The position numbers and the translations under genes were made by a program. The notes beneath the pieces are model-generated. The model was not told the DNA's origin. It searched no databases and worked only from the letters and a program-made list of their open reading frames with translations. Source: a virus (lineage: Duplodnaviria > Caudoviricetes). From it: 46,122 nt of DNA. Shown here piece after piece: positions 44,752 to 46,122 of this stretch. The stretch is from positions 1 through 46,122 of the IMG/VR virus record IMGVR_UViG_3300037467_001087; one strand, 5' to 3'. Positions within the stretch are counted from its first letter, which is position 1. Every line of letters begins with the position of its first letter.

Positions 44752-45843
44752 TTAGGCGTGCGACTTCGCGGCCGTTTCGAGCGCGAAGCAGGCGAAGTCC
44801 GACTGGTTGTTGAAGACCGTCTTGTTGATGCCCCAAATGAGCGTCGCCGAGACGCCGTACCGCTTGCCGTAGTCGAAGGTGCGGTCGGTTGCCTTCAGAC
44901 GTCCGGTCTCGTCGGTCCCGTTGCCGTAGGCGGCGACTGCCGCCTGGGCGCCAAGAACGAGAGCGCGAGCGCCCGCGATGTTGCCGCCAGCGCCGCCGTT
45001 CGAGAACGTCGGAACGCGGGTCGACTCGATGAGCAGGAGGTTGCGATAGACCCCGAGCGTTTCGCTCCAAATCGGGTTGTCCGCGACCTTGCCGCCCATC
45101 ATCGCGGCCTTCTGAATGTCGAACCACTGGCCCGCGCTGGTGTTCGAACGAAGGTCGTTCACCTGGTACGGGTGGAGGATTACGACGAACAGCTGCTTGC
45201 CGTCGAAGCTCGCCGGCCGCATCGTCGGCGAAGCCAGCTTCAGAGATTCGGCCACGCGATCGAGGACGGTCAGCGTCATCACGTCGGTAACGGCCAGGCC
45301 GCTACGCGCCGTGACGCCGGTTCCGCCGAACAAGATGCGATCGGCCGCCGGAGACTGCAGGCTGTTGCCGCCGAGGAAGCCCGACGGGTGGTAGTACGAC
45401 ACCGCGGCGCCGCGGAGCGGCATACCCGACAGTGCTTCGAAGAAGGTCGTGTCGCAGTAGTCTTGGATCCACTCTTCGAGCGCATCCTTGGCTTCCTGCC
45501 GCACGTCGAAGATTGTGCGCTGGGCCGACAGGTTGAGGTCGACCTTGATCGCGTGGCGCTTCTCGCCAAGCATCAGGTCGAAGTAGCGGAAGTCGAGACC
45601 CTCTTCCTTGCCCTCGAGAGTTTCGTCGTCCTGCACGCCGATCCCGGTCGGAAGCGAACGCAGCTGGAAGCGGACGCGGTCGCCCTCGCCCTTCTTCAGC
45701 TCATCCTTGACCTGGACGATCGCGCGGTCCGACGTGCCCGACAGCTTGCCGTACAGGGTCGTCTTGACTGCGTCGTTGAAAACCTTCCGCGCCCATACTT
45801 TGACAGCAAGCGCGGAGGCTGATGTGATGGTGGTCGTCGCCAT
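44752..45843 (-). CDS. major capsid protein, N4-gp56/DUF4043-like
   Basis: LKKGEGDRVRF.L, LEG.EE.L, LHPYQVNDLR, NPIW...G.Y, RALVLGAQA, FDYG; GGAGG RBS before ATG 45843. Confidence 0.9.
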   Translation of the reverse strand: MATTTITSASALAVKVWARKVFNDAVKTTLYGKLSGTSDRAIVQVKDELKKGEGDRVRFQLRSLPTGIGVQDDETLEGKEEGLDFRYFDLMLGEKRHAIKVDLNLSAQRTIFDVRQEAKDALEEWIQDYCDTTFFEALSGMPLRGAAVSYYHPSGFLGGNSLQSPAADRILFGGTGVTARSGLAVTDVMTLTVLDRVAESLKLASPTMRPASFDGKQLFVVILHPYQVNDLRSNTSAGQWFDIQKAAMMGGKVADNPIWSETLGVYRNLLLIESTRVPTFSNGGAGGNIAGARALVLGAQAAVAAYGNGTDETGRLKATDRTFDYGKRYGVSATLIWGINKTVFNNQSDFACFALETAAKSHA

Positions 45844-46020
45844 ATTAGCGGGGCCTCCCAGCCCGGGTTGCAAGTGGAACAGGTTTCCCGTTGAGGCTGG
45901 GAAGCCGCTGCGCGTTTGAGTGCGCGATCCTCTTGCGTCCCGATCAGGCTGGGTCGCTTACCGCTGCCCTTAAGGCCGGGCTGGGCCACTCGCCGTGTCG
46001 CCGGCGGTGCGGAGCGGTCC

Positions 46021-46122
46021 CTACTCTGAGCGAACTCGCCAGAGCAGGTCGTCGTCTTCGGAGGTTTGCTTGGTCATCCGCTGCTTTCGCACCATCTCGA
46101 CGATGTGCGACTGCGCGGCGAC
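46021..46122 (-). CDS. 3' end of a truncated hypothetical gene
   Basis: Open frame VAAQSHIVEMVRKQRMTKQTSEDDDLLWRVRSE ending in TAG at 46021. Confidence 0.45.
   Translation of the reverse strand, partial: VAAQSHIVEMVRKQRMTKQTSEDDDLLWRVRSE

Noticed and set aside
46021-46122. Direct circular join of the window end to position 1
   Set aside because: No terminal repeat seen, and the scaffold frame does not continue into the likely coding frame at the other end; a short segment is probably missing.

Overview
The window is almost a whole temperate podovirus-type phage genome (P22-like portal, N4-gp56-like major capsid protein, ejection proteins, no tape measure). It is in its excised form, since attP is intact at about 24.1 kb. 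The host is very probably an alphaproteobacterium, judged from the GapR homologue, the CtrA box and the high GC. The window opens inside the scaffold gene and closes just upstream of the capsid gene. Modules in order: packaging (minus strand, 1-5548); an AT-rich origin-like region; a repressor-controlled early operon of small genes (5.9-8.3 kb); replication (primase-helicase, VRR-NUC, methylase, SF2 helicase); a cro/cI switch; a second early operon (exonuclease, GapR, a degenerate tyrosine recombinase, Lar, HNH, xis/int); attP with a tRNA-Trp-like core; a GT25 conversion gene; the lysis cassette; a GH74-like receptor-binding protein; tail, ejection and head genes. The most striking unannotated signals are: (1) a two-hairpin RNA at 8271-8345 whose loop and 5' stem are complementary to a CACAGCCAAGGAGAA motif overlapping the Shine-Dalgarno of up to six early genes; (2) 17-bp GGGTA-N7-TACCC operators at the three early promoters and also inside late packaging and lysis genes; (3) host cell-cycle hooks, namely a perfect CtrA box in the origin/late-promoter region, a near-consensus parS inside a virion gene, and GapR. 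All assignments come from reading motifs by eye; no database searches were run.
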